Positions 15,163 to 22,843 of a stretch of 32,000 nt of DNA are shown here, piece by piece. The stretch lies in the NCBI GenBank assembly GCA_045568075.1, contig JBJLBP010000001.1:1350001-1382000 (forward strand). Direction: 5' to 3'. Every line of letters begins with the position of its first letter. The first letter of the stretch is position 1. The notes under the pieces are model-generated. The model made no database searches, had not been told where the DNA came from, and was given only the letters and a program-made list of their open reading frames with translations. Made by a program: the position numbers and the translations under genes. Origin of the DNA: Candidatus Thalassarchaeaceae archaeon (GTDB taxonomy: Archaea > Thermoplasmatota > Poseidoniia > Poseidoniales > Thalassarchaeaceae).

Positions 15163-16134
15163 ATGGTCAGGGCATTCGCCCCCGGCAAGTGCATCTTGTT
15201 CGGTGAGCACGCGGTTGTCTATGGCCATCCGGCAGTGGCTGTGGCCATCGATTCAGGAGTTGAAGTTGAATTGACTGAATCGGACTCTTGGACCATCGAA
15301 GGAATGTCCTTCGAAGCACATCGTCACCCACATATCTCGCACATATTGAATGATGTGTTTGGGTATGATGGTGTGCCTCTGAGAATGGAGATTAGTAGTG
15401 GGTTATTCTCAGCCGCAGGACTTGGGTCCTCGGCTGCTTTGTCGAATGCAATGAGTGCTGCTGTTCAGCGTTTGACGCAGCCGGATGATGAAATCGATTC
15501 TGTTCAACTGGCTCGGATTGGTCATGCGGCTGAGGTAAAGGCTCAGGCTGGTCGAGCAAGCCCGACTGACACTGCAACCAGCGCACTGGGAGGTTGTGTT
15601 GTCGTTTCTGGAGATATCGTTGAAGGGGCTGAACATGTTTTTGATGCTAGTCTGGTTACGCCCGAGGGTGAGAGAAAATGGTCGATTTGTAAGGTAAATC
15701 TACCACCTGAAATCGATGCTTGGCTGGTCCTCGGATTCACCGGCATCGGATCTCCAACTGGAGAGATGGTGGCAGGTGTGGCTCGTTTGCTTGAGCGAGA
15801 CCCTTCCAAGCATGCAGACATGGAAGCAATCGCTCGAATTACACAGGCTGGATTAACCGCTCTAGGAGCCGGAAATCTCGAGGCTGTCGGTATGGCGATG
15901 GACGCCTGCCACGTAAGATTGCAGAGCCTTGAGGTCAGTAGCCCCGAGCTCGACGCGCTGGTAGAAGCGGTACGCCCACACTCTCTAGGAGCCAAACTCA
16001 CTGGTGCAGGTGGGGGCGGCTGCATGGTCGCTTTGACAGATGAGCCACAGAGAGTAGCAGAGGCGATAGAGGTGGCCGGTGGGACACCTCTGATCTCTCG
16101 GCTCGGAGCCGAAGGTGTACGTATCCTCGCTTGA
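15163..16134 (+). CDS. mvk: Mevalonate kinase (GHMP kinase)
   Basis: N-terminal APGKCILFGEHAVVYG, GHMP ATP-binding motif GLGSSAALSNA and C-terminal KLTGAGGGGCMVAL. ATG at 15163; the track start is TTG at 15157. Confidence 0.9.
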   Translation: MVRAFAPGKCILFGEHAVVYGHPAVAVAIDSGVEVELTESDSWTIEGMSFEAHRHPHISHILNDVFGYDGVPLRMEISSGLFSAAGLGSSAALSNAMSAAVQRLTQPDDEIDSVQLARIGHAAEVKAQAGRASPTDTATSALGGCVVVSGDIVEGAEHVFDASLVTPEGERKWSICKVNLPPEIDAWLVLGFTGIGSPTGEMVAGVARLLERDPSKHADMEAIARITQAGLTALGAGNLEAVGMAMDACHVRLQSLEVSSPELDALVEAVRPHSLGAKLTGAGGGGCMVALTDEPQRVAEAIEVAGGTPLISRLGAEGVRILA

Positions 16135-16191
16135 AACAAGCAACTGAGCCCCTATTATTCAGCATCAGTGGCTTGGGATTCACGACAATTC

Positions 16192-16198
16192 TTTAAAA
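16192..16198 (+). promoter_or_regulatory. TATA box of tbp (leaderless-type promoter)
   Basis: TTTAAAA in an otherwise mixed-composition spacer, centred 27 nt upstream of ATG 16222. This matches the usual archaeal TATA-to-TSS distance of about 25-27 nt. Confidence 0.45.
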
Positions 16199-16221
16199 GT
16201 GGTTCATAAGTGCGGGGCCCT

Positions 16222-16935
16222 ATGAAGAGTGACGAGGAACGACTGACTGTCGTCAACGTGGTCGCCTCCACCCGCGTGGCGGAGGAACTTGACCTACCAG
16301 ACATTGCCATCCAGCTGAACTGCGAATACGAGCCAGAACAATTCCCTGGTGTCGTCTACCGAGTGGTTGACCCGAAACTTGCGATTCTCATGTTCCGCTC
16401 CGGGCGTGCCGTTTGCACAGGTGGCAAGAACAAGGACAACATCCACACTGGAATCGAGCGCATGATCGGTGATCTGCGTAAGGCAGGCATCGAGACTTGG
16501 GAGCTTGAAGACGTAGAGATCGAAGTCCAAAACATGGTTGCAACCTATGCTCTGTTTTACCCCGAGGACTACGACGGAACTGCTCGCATGGACGACAACC
16601 ACACAAGTGTTATCGATATCGAGGGTGGCATCCGCGCCGCTACAGACGAGGAAAAAGAAGAGGAAGATTCACGCATTCGTGGTATTCGTGAGGGTGAGCC
16701 GCTGGCAGCAATGCCGCGCCGGCTCAACCTGAATAACCTCACTTTCCACCTACCATTCGACAAGGTTGAGTACGAGCCAGAGCAATTCCCTGGACTCATT
16801 TACCGACTCGACTACCCTCGAGTCGTCTGTCTGATTTTCGGTTCCGGAAAGATGGTTATCACAGGAGCTCGTGACAAGTCCGAGATCCTCGAAGCAGTCC
16901 AGTTCATTCAGGACGAGTTGGCCGATCTTCTCTGA
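16222..16935 (+). CDS. tbp: TATA-box-binding protein with ~53-aa insertion in repeat 2
   Basis: Two TBP repeats: VVNVVAST...EYEPEQFPGVVYRV...AILMFRSGRAVCTGGK and VQNMVAT...EYEPEQFPGLIYRL...VCLIFGSGKMVITGAR. A TTTAAAA box at 16192-16198 is centred 27 nt upstream of ATG 16222, which favours that start over the track's GTG at 16210. Confidence 0.9.
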   Translation: MKSDEERLTVVNVVASTRVAEELDLPDIAIQLNCEYEPEQFPGVVYRVVDPKLAILMFRSGRAVCTGGKNKDNIHTGIERMIGDLRKAGIETWELEDVEIEVQNMVATYALFYPEDYDGTARMDDNHTSVIDIEGGIRAATDEEKEEEDSRIRGIREGEPLAAMPRRLNLNNLTFHLPFDKVEYEPEQFPGLIYRLDYPRVVCLIFGSGKMVITGARDKSEILEAVQFIQDELADLL

Positions 16936-16955
16936 TTAGAGAAATTTGATGAAAG

Positions 16956-16973
16956 CCTGCCGATTGTGGCAGG
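16956..16973 (+). terminator. Hairpin downstream of tbp (CCTGCC-GATTGT-GGCAGG)
   Basis: 6-bp perfect stem with a 6-nt loop, 21 nt after the tbp stop. There is no strong oligo-T run, so a terminator role is uncertain. Confidence 0.3.
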
Positions 16974-17045
16974 ATATTGATTCAGGACGCCTCTGTTCCA
17001 GAGAAAATCTTAGTTTTTCGGGGATTACGCGTCTGAGTGAGATTC

Positions 17046-20000
17046 ATGTGCAGACGTAGTCTGCACAGAGACGTGTCTGACCTGCGATTGAATGGTTTCA
17101 TTGTTGTATTAATGCTGATTCTTACTCCGGCGATAGGTCTGTTCGGACCCGCCGGACCGACCATTGGATTGGTCGACGACGCCGATTCTCGGCACACAAA
17201 TCACAATTCCGGATCGAGCCTTGTCGACACTCCTGACTGGAGAATTGGAGACCGTTGGAATTACGACGGATTCCTCGATGTCCGTGATTTCGTCGAAGAA
17301 AGCGGCGTCGATACTGATGTAGAAACCCTCGACGGAACCCTCGATACACGAGTTACTGACATCTACACGTTGAACGTTGAAGGAGTTCCCACTCTTGTCT
17401 ACAAGGTTGAATCCGATGGAGAATATGAAGCCACAGACGTCAATCTCGCTGGCTACGACGGTGACCTCATAATCGAGATTGACACAATTGAAATCATCCG
17501 TGTCTCAGATTTAGCATCGATTCAACAGGAAGCAACTATCGACATCGATTTCGACTACCAAATTTGGTTTTGGACATATACCATCAACGTCGCTGATCTT
17601 GTAGTAACGAACGAATACGATCCAGCCCTCGAAGGCTATGATTTCCCCGTCAGTGTCGGTGAATCTTGGGAGACTACTTACTCGCAGGACACCACCTACA
17701 GTGGCTCCAGCGATTACGTAGAAATTCCAGACGACACCAGCACTACCAACTCGACTTCCTGGGAGGTAGTCGCACGAGGAAGTTCGGGAGTAAGTTACGG
17801 AGGATGTGGGCAATCTTACAACATCACGAACTACAATTCTGATGGAGATGTGACTGGCTACAAGTGGTACTGCCCGGCTATCCGCAATGACATCAAGAGC
17901 TCGACCACAGAGAGCATCGGCTTCATCGCAACCCACGAATTGAATTGGTATCAGGAGATGACACGCACTCGAACACTCGATGTCGATATCGAATTCCAAC
18001 TCTCTCCCCTCGACATGGACATGAACGCTACTGTGACTGTGACCGATAACTCAGGGAACACTGTTACAGGACAAGAAGTTGAATTTCGATACGAGATTGA
18101 CGAGGACGTCAGGACTTTCACTACCGATTCCTATGGCCAGTTCGTCGTAGATCTGAATAGCGGCAACTCAGCAGACAGCTCAGAGGGCGGTAGCGAGTAT
18201 GGATCTCACGGAATCATTGCTTGGATCAGTGGTTCTTCGCCGCAGATTGGAGTATCGACAATCATCACCGATGAGAATCTTCACGCTGTGGATTTGATTG
18301 CTAATTCCGCCGGTGTAACCGTCGAAAGGACTCGTGATAATAGGACTGTGAGCTTGAATTCAATCATTGGATTTGCAGCTATTCCAGGCGATGTACTGAC
18401 GTTCAGTGTGCCGGTTTTGAACAGAGGAATCATGACATCACCCTCAACTAACATACGTGTTACTGGCCCAGATGGAACGAGTTCGACGAGCGCTGTTCCA
18501 TCTTTGGATAGTCTTTCTGAACAGCGCGTCGAAATAGATTGGACTGTTCCGGCTGCTCAACCAGTCGGTGATGCAGCCATTACCTTCGTCGTCGATGAGG
18601 CTGGTACCATCACTAACGATGGAAACCGTAGCAATAACGAGGGCTCATTCATACTCTTCATCGGTAGGTTACCTACGGCAAGTCTGACTGTGAATTCACC
18701 TGTACAGACTTATGAGAATGCAATACTCAACGGGCTTTACTCAACCGACCCAGATGGTGGTTCGATTACATGCGTCTTCGAAATTGAGACGGTTAGTGGT
18801 TCGATGGAAACCTACACCGAAGACGATTGCGTTTACGAAGCGGATTGGCAAGATGATGGAGAGTTCCTCGTTCGCTTGACGATTACAGATGAAGAAAGTG
18901 ATTCGGACACTGTCGAAGAAATCATCACTGTGCTGAATCGCCCTCCGGAGATTATCGTCGACGCTTCCTCTTATTCGATTCCGGTGCTCTCCTCAGTGAC
19001 CTTAGAAGTCACCCACCGTGAGGATATGGATTCACAGAATCCATTCTCTCCTGTCGACATCGCATGGCAAACCGCTTGCGAAGAGGGAAGTAGCGTTAGT
19101 GCACGCTGCACCATCACTCCGAAGGTCGAAGGAGAATACACCATCGAAGTCATCGGAATGGATGACGATGGTGCGACGGTGACCGAGAGTGTCACTATCG
19201 ATGTCACCAATATCGCACCTTCAAATCCGGCTGCGGAATTATGGAACGGCATGACTAGAATGACACCGGATTCGAGAGGAGTTTACTCCGCTGAGGAGGG
19301 TGATAGCATCGAATTCAGAGGCTCAGCTGAAGATTCAGAGAATGATATCGACAGTCTGATTCACCTCTGGTCTCCTGATGCCGAAGACCATCCTGAGATT
19401 CAACACCAGAGCGTTGGTCAACACTCAACTATCGAGCATATGTATACGACCGCTGGCCTTCACCTCGCTACTTTGATCGTAACTGATGACGACGGAGCGA
19501 ACTCTGAGACACTGACCATCGCTATCGAAATAGTCAATCTCGCTCCGGAAATCGACCCGATTAGCAACCCACTACCAGTTGCTGAAGATAGTGAGATTAC
19601 AATCTCCGCAAGTGTTTGGGATACGACTGGAGACATTGACACTCTGCAGAATTGCTTCGATCTCGATCCAGAAGAAAACTCCGATGGTGAAGGCGAGGCA
19701 AACGATGACTGCGACTTGGAAGGTACCATTTTCATAGGGTCCTGGCCAGATGCTCAGACCGCTCCTTCCAGTTTGGTATTCCACACGATGGATGACGATG
19801 GTGAGCGCGCCTCGGTCGAGATTCCAATCTCGGTGAACAATGTCAAACCGTCTGCTCACTTGAGCGTTAGTAATCAGAAGCCTACCGAAGGCGATGTGGT
19901 TATTCTCAGTGCCAATATGACGACTGACTCAGCCTTTGACCTTGAGAACATGATTTACAATTGGGATCTTGACACATCCGTCGACAGCGATGGAGATGGG

Positions 20001-20588
20001 AATCCTTCGAACGACATAGATCATGTAGGAATTTGGTTAGAATGGAAGACCGACTCACACGGAACTCGTTCGGTGAAACTGACAGTATCCGACGAAACTC
20101 TCGTAGACTCTGTGTCGATTACGCTCATGATTGAAGAAGCACCATTCAGCTTCGCAGATCTCGTCAGTTCACCTATTTTCATCATACTGATCATCTTGGT
20201 TCTTGCAGGCGGTGGAGGATTTGCCTACATGCAAATGCGCAAGCCAGAAGATCTCATAGAAGCGCCACCTGAGGCTCGCCGAGGAAGGAAAGTTTCGATG
20301 GATGACGCCTTCGATGACCCTCAGTTTGACCCTTTCAGCGAAGACGAAGATAGACGGCGAGTAAAGGAACAGGACCGTGATGAAGATGGGGAATTAGCTC
20401 AAATCCCGGAAGAGAAAACAGCCGAGGTGGAAGAAACTACTGAGGCAACTGAACCTGAGGATTCACCTGTGCTCCAACTGACTGAACTCGATGAAGTGTA
20501 TGAGCAGGCTCGTGTAGCAGATACCTTGGACAATGAGGTTCTGAGCGAACTCCTTGATGAAGACGAAACATCCTCAGAAGAGGAATGA
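17046..20588 (+). CDS. Giant type-I membrane-anchored surface protein (unknown N-domain, Ig-like, CARDB-like, 5 PKD-like modules, TM, acidic cytoplasmic tail)
   Basis: Domain order:
- N-terminal signal/anchor FIVVLMLILTPAIGLFGPAG.
- ~250-aa unassigned domain.
- Ig-like segment NATVTVTDNSGNTVTGQEVEF...TDSYGQFVV.
- CARDB-like segment GDVLTFSVPVLNRG...NDGNRSNNEGSF.
- Five modules ending in T-[IV]-x-[IV]-x-N-x-[PA]-P-[ES]-like strands.
- TM helix IFIILIILVLAGGGGFAYM.
- 117-aa Asp/Glu-rich tail. Confidence 0.8.
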   Translation: MCRRSLHRDVSDLRLNGFIVVLMLILTPAIGLFGPAGPTIGLVDDADSRHTNHNSGSSLVDTPDWRIGDRWNYDGFLDVRDFVEESGVDTDVETLDGTLDTRVTDIYTLNVEGVPTLVYKVESDGEYEATDVNLAGYDGDLIIEIDTIEIIRVSDLASIQQEATIDIDFDYQIWFWTYTINVADLVVTNEYDPALEGYDFPVSVGESWETTYSQDTTYSGSSDYVEIPDDTSTTNSTSWEVVARGSSGVSYGGCGQSYNITNYNSDGDVTGYKWYCPAIRNDIKSSTTESIGFIATHELNWYQEMTRTRTLDVDIEFQLSPLDMDMNATVTVTDNSGNTVTGQEVEFRYEIDEDVRTFTTDSYGQFVVDLNSGNSADSSEGGSEYGSHGIIAWISGSSPQIGVSTIITDENLHAVDLIANSAGVTVERTRDNRTVSLNSIIGFAAIPGDVLTFSVPVLNRGIMTSPSTNIRVTGPDGTSSTSAVPSLDSLSEQRVEIDWTVPAAQPVGDAAITFVVDEAGTITNDGNRSNNEGSFILFIGRLPTASLTVNSPVQTYENAILNGLYSTDPDGGSITCVFEIETVSGSMETYTEDDCVYEADWQDDGEFLVRLTITDEESDSDTVEEIITVLNRPPEIIVDASSYSIPVLSSVTLEVTHREDMDSQNPFSPVDIAWQTACEEGSSVSARCTITPKVEGEYTIEVIGMDDDGATVTESVTIDVTNIAPSNPAAELWNGMTRMTPDSRGVYSAEEGDSIEFRGSAEDSENDIDSLIHLWSPDAEDHPEIQHQSVGQHSTIEHMYTTAGLHLATLIVTDDDGANSETLTIAIEIVNLAPEIDPISNPLPVAEDSEITISASVWDTTGDIDTLQNCFDLDPEENSDGEGEANDDCDLEGTIFIGSWPDAQTAPSSLVFHTMDDDGERASVEIPISVNNVKPSAHLSVSNQKPTEGDVVILSANMTTDSAFDLENMIYNWDLDTSVDSDGDGNPSNDIDHVGIWLEWKTDSHGTRSVKLTVSDETLVDSVSITLMIEEAPFSFADLVSSPIFIILIILVLAGGGGFAYMQMRKPEDLIEAPPEARRGRKVSMDDAFDDPQFDPFSEDEDRRRVKEQDRDEDGELAQIPEEKTAEVEETTEATEPEDSPVLQLTELDEVYEQARVADTLDNEVLSELLDEDETSSEEE
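18672..20135 (+). repeat. Five tandem PKD-like protein modules (period about 91-109 aa) inside the surface-protein gene
   Basis: Recurrent module cores: LTITDEESDSDTVEEIITVLNRPPEI, VIGMDDDGATVTESVTIDVTNIAPSN, LIVTDDDGANSETLTIAIEIVNLAPEI, FHTMDDDGERASVEIPISVNNVKPSA and LTVSDETLVDSVSITLMIEEAP. A short DNA echo, ATGGATGACGATGGTG, occurs in modules 2 and 4. Confidence 0.6.
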
Positions 20589-20673
20589 CCGCTCGGAATA
20601 CCACATCCAGTAATCGCCGTCATGCGAGCGGTGGAAGGGAAGCACTCATGGCTGATGGGTCGATGCAACCTTC

Positions 20674-21150
20674 GTGGTCAATCTCTTCAGATTACTCGGC
20701 TTACCCGACCCTTCCAAGTCGGCTGAGCAAGTGAGAAGGGCCCCGCGCTCGGCAGATCCCGGTCCACAGAACAATGACGCATTCCACGATTTAGGCAAAG
20801 ATATCTGGACTGAAAGAACTCACAAGATGGCATCTCCCGCCGATCGCTTTGTCCATTACATCAAGCCGGATGACCTTCATCGATTGAATCTCAATGGACT
20901 TCAGTCGAGACTCGGTCACGGAGATTTAGTAATCGCCGACCTCGGATCATTGACGCACATGCCGAGTCAGCAGGAAGTCTGTAGGAATCGAATCCAAGGA
21001 CTCGGTCAACAAACAGGACTCCCCATCTTTGCACTCAACGAATCGGATACCTTGCTGATGATCGCTGGTAGGAATATGCGTGTTGATACAGAAAAACATC
21101 TGCTTGGCATGGCCAAGTGGGGTCAGCTTGCTAATGGCGATTCTCAGTGA
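20674..21150 (+). CDS. sepF: SepF-like cell-division protein (candidate FtsZ membrane anchor)
   Basis: C-terminal ~90 aa follows the SepF/DUF552 secondary-structure pattern: VHYIKP / LNGLQSRLGHGD / LVIADLGSL / QQEVCRNRIQGLGQQTGLP / IFALNESD / LLMIAGRNMRVD. With the GTG start at 20674, the N-terminus MVNLFRLLGL resembles an amphipathic membrane-targeting helix followed by a Pro/Ser-rich linker. An alternative leaderless ATG at 20827 has an AAAGATATC box about 26 nt upstream. Confidence 0.5.
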   Translation: MVNLFRLLGLPDPSKSAEQVRRAPRSADPGPQNNDAFHDLGKDIWTERTHKMASPADRFVHYIKPDDLHRLNLNGLQSRLGHGDLVIADLGSLTHMPSQQEVCRNRIQGLGQQTGLPIFALNESDTLLMIAGRNMRVDTEKHLLGMAKWGQLANGDSQ

Positions 21151-21974
21151 TTGCTGAGTCCAAATCGCCAATCTGTCGGATTGGGTGCAGGACCTACTGA
21201 ATCGAATCCTATTTGGAAAAGGGTTTGAGGCACCGTATCCGACTGCAATCCATCTGGCACATCGATGGATGAAACTTGTAGAATTGCTAGAGACCCCTTT
21301 GCACCGGCTGGCAGAGGGTGGAGTTCAGCCAATTCGCAGTGGATAGCAGCCAGTGCGCCTGTTAGGTTTGGCGCAGTATCAGGAAGCAAATCCCATTCTG
21401 ATTCATCAGGAGGTAATGGTCTCGCCGTCGCATCGACAGCTAACGCAGAATCATGGTCTGCATTCAATACGAATATGGTACACTGCGAACCGATTCCACC
21501 ATTTCTTAGATTCTCCAAAGTGTCTCGTGGCCTGCCCTCAATATCTACTGATAGTGACATGGTCAGTAGAGGGGGAGAGTTAGAGACCACATTAACCGAA
21601 GACATCGGAGAAATGTTCTGGACGCCTGTGGCAGATACCGTTGCCACAAGAACCACTGGGCGCGGCATTAGCAGAGCTGCTAACCACTCACGGCGATCGT
21701 GATAGGTCATCGAAGATAGATCGAGTGAGAATGACCCGGAGCCAATCGAAGGCGGAGGAGGACCTTCCCCCTCCTCGTCGGTTAACCAGGAATCTAGTAC
21801 ACCCGATTCGATTTCGCCTGCCGAATAGGCGGTGAATTCACGGAAAGCTTGCCAGCGCGCAAGTTCAGTTTCACCCTCGCCTCGCGCGCGCTTGCGTTCA
21901 ATCGAAGCATCGGAATAAATCACGCAACGGCGTAGGTAGGTTGCGACAACCCGGCGCCGTTCATCGATGTCCAT
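21144..21974 (-). CDS. Flavin reductase-like FMN-binding domain protein with ~100-aa N-terminal extension
   Basis: The core PRPVVLVATVSATGVQNISPMSSVNVVSNSPPLLTMSLS matches the flavin-reductase-like (split-barrel) domain signature. The N-terminal 100 aa is helical and charged (MDIDERRRVVATYLRR...EGEGPPPPS) and has no motif I can name. Confidence 0.7.
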   Translation of the reverse strand: MDIDERRRVVATYLRRCVIYSDASIERKRARGEGETELARWQAFREFTAYSAGEIESGVLDSWLTDEEGEGPPPPSIGSGSFSLDLSSMTYHDRREWLAALLMPRPVVLVATVSATGVQNISPMSSVNVVSNSPPLLTMSLSVDIEGRPRDTLENLRNGGIGSQCTIFVLNADHDSALAVDATARPLPPDESEWDLLPDTAPNLTGALAAIHCELAELHPLPAGAKGSLAILQVSSIDVPDGLQSDTVPQTLFQIGFDSVGPAPNPTDWRFGLSNH

Positions 21975-21975
21975 C

Positions 21976-22464
21976 TCAATCCGCTACTCCGAGTTCGCGC
22001 ATCAACCTCTCGACGTGGCCCTTCGCGCGGACATTGTAGCCAACCCAAGAAAGCCTGCCGTCGGTATCAATCACGAATGTGGAACGGCTCACACCCATGT
22101 ATGTCTTACCATAATTCATCTTCTCGCGCCATACGCCGAACTTCTGATGCAGGTCAGTTTCCTTATCGACAATCAAGTCAAAATTCAATCCCTGCTTCTC
22201 GATGAACTTCGCATGCGACTTGGCTGAATCCTTCGATACCCCGAGAATCCGGTATCCAGAAGTCTCGAAGGCTCCGAAATTATCTCGGAAATCACAAGCC
22301 TGAGTAGTGCACCCTGGGGTCGAATCTTTTGGATAAAAGTAGAGGATAACCTTCTCGCCACCAGCCAGTATATCGGCCAACTTCACTGTGCTACTATCAG
22401 TCAATTCTGCCTCAAATTCTGGAGCGATATCCCCTACCTCAAGTGTCAACCAATCATCAGCCAT
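21976..22464 (-). CDS. bcp: Thiol peroxidase Bcp/PrxQ (atypical 2-Cys peroxiredoxin)
   Basis: FYPKDSTPGCTTQACDFRD active site, with Cys pair spacing CxxxxC. ATG at 22464 gives 162 aa starting MADDWLTLEVGDIAPEF; the track start at 22515 adds 17 aa. The stop lies 1 nt from the downstream flavin-reductase-like start. Confidence 0.9.
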   Translation of the reverse strand: MADDWLTLEVGDIAPEFEAELTDSSTVKLADILAGGEKVILYFYPKDSTPGCTTQACDFRDNFGAFETSGYRILGVSKDSAKSHAKFIEKQGLNFDLIVDKETDLHQKFGVWREKMNYGKTYMGVSRSTFVIDTDGRLSWVGYNVRAKGHVERLMRELGVAD

Positions 22465-22540
22465 GGTCACTCGACCCGAGACAGTATGATGAATGCTCGG
22501 GCTGAGAGGATTCAAGAGAGCCTGCTAAGACCGACCCCCC

Positions 22541-22825
22541 ATGGGCAAGTCTGGAACCTTTGGCGGCACGCTATCTCTCATCGTCGGTGTGCTCTGCATC
22601 ATCGGTTGGATCAGTGCTGGAATGGCAGTAGATTACATCGAAGGAGAACTCGAAGAAAACTGCGACAGCACGACAGGACAGATAGGACAAGTCACTGGCT
22701 GGGATGATGGACAATGCCAAGACGGTCGCGATACAAAAGACATGATCTCCTCTCTCCAAACACCGCTACTTCTGCTCGGAATCGCTTGTGTCGGCGGCGG
22801 TGGTTTCCTGCTATTCCGCAGCTGA
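22541..22825 (+). CDS. Small 2-TM membrane protein with acidic, 2-Cys extracytoplasmic loop
   Basis: 94 aa. Helices TLSLIVGVLCIIGWISAGMAV and LLLLGIACVGGGGFLLF flank the loop EGELEENCDSTTGQIGQVTGWDDGQCQDGRD. No family assignment. Confidence 0.45.
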   Translation: MGKSGTFGGTLSLIVGVLCIIGWISAGMAVDYIEGELEENCDSTTGQIGQVTGWDDGQCQDGRDTKDMISSLQTPLLLLGIACVGGGGFLLFRS

Positions 22826-22843
22826 AAGACAGGCATTAGGGCC

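Noticed and set aside
16558-16716. The TBP insertion as an intein or mobile-element scar
   Set aside because: At ~53 aa it is far too short for an intein. It lacks Cys/Ser/Thr-start and His-Asn-end splicing blocks, and I could see no flanking direct repeats or endonuclease motifs. I treat it as a genuine protein insertion.
20648-20734. 28-codon ATG ORF overlapping the start of the SepF-like gene in another frame
   Set aside because: It has no motif and no upstream promoter-like or SD sequence. It is out of frame with the conserved downstream protein and is most likely fortuitous.
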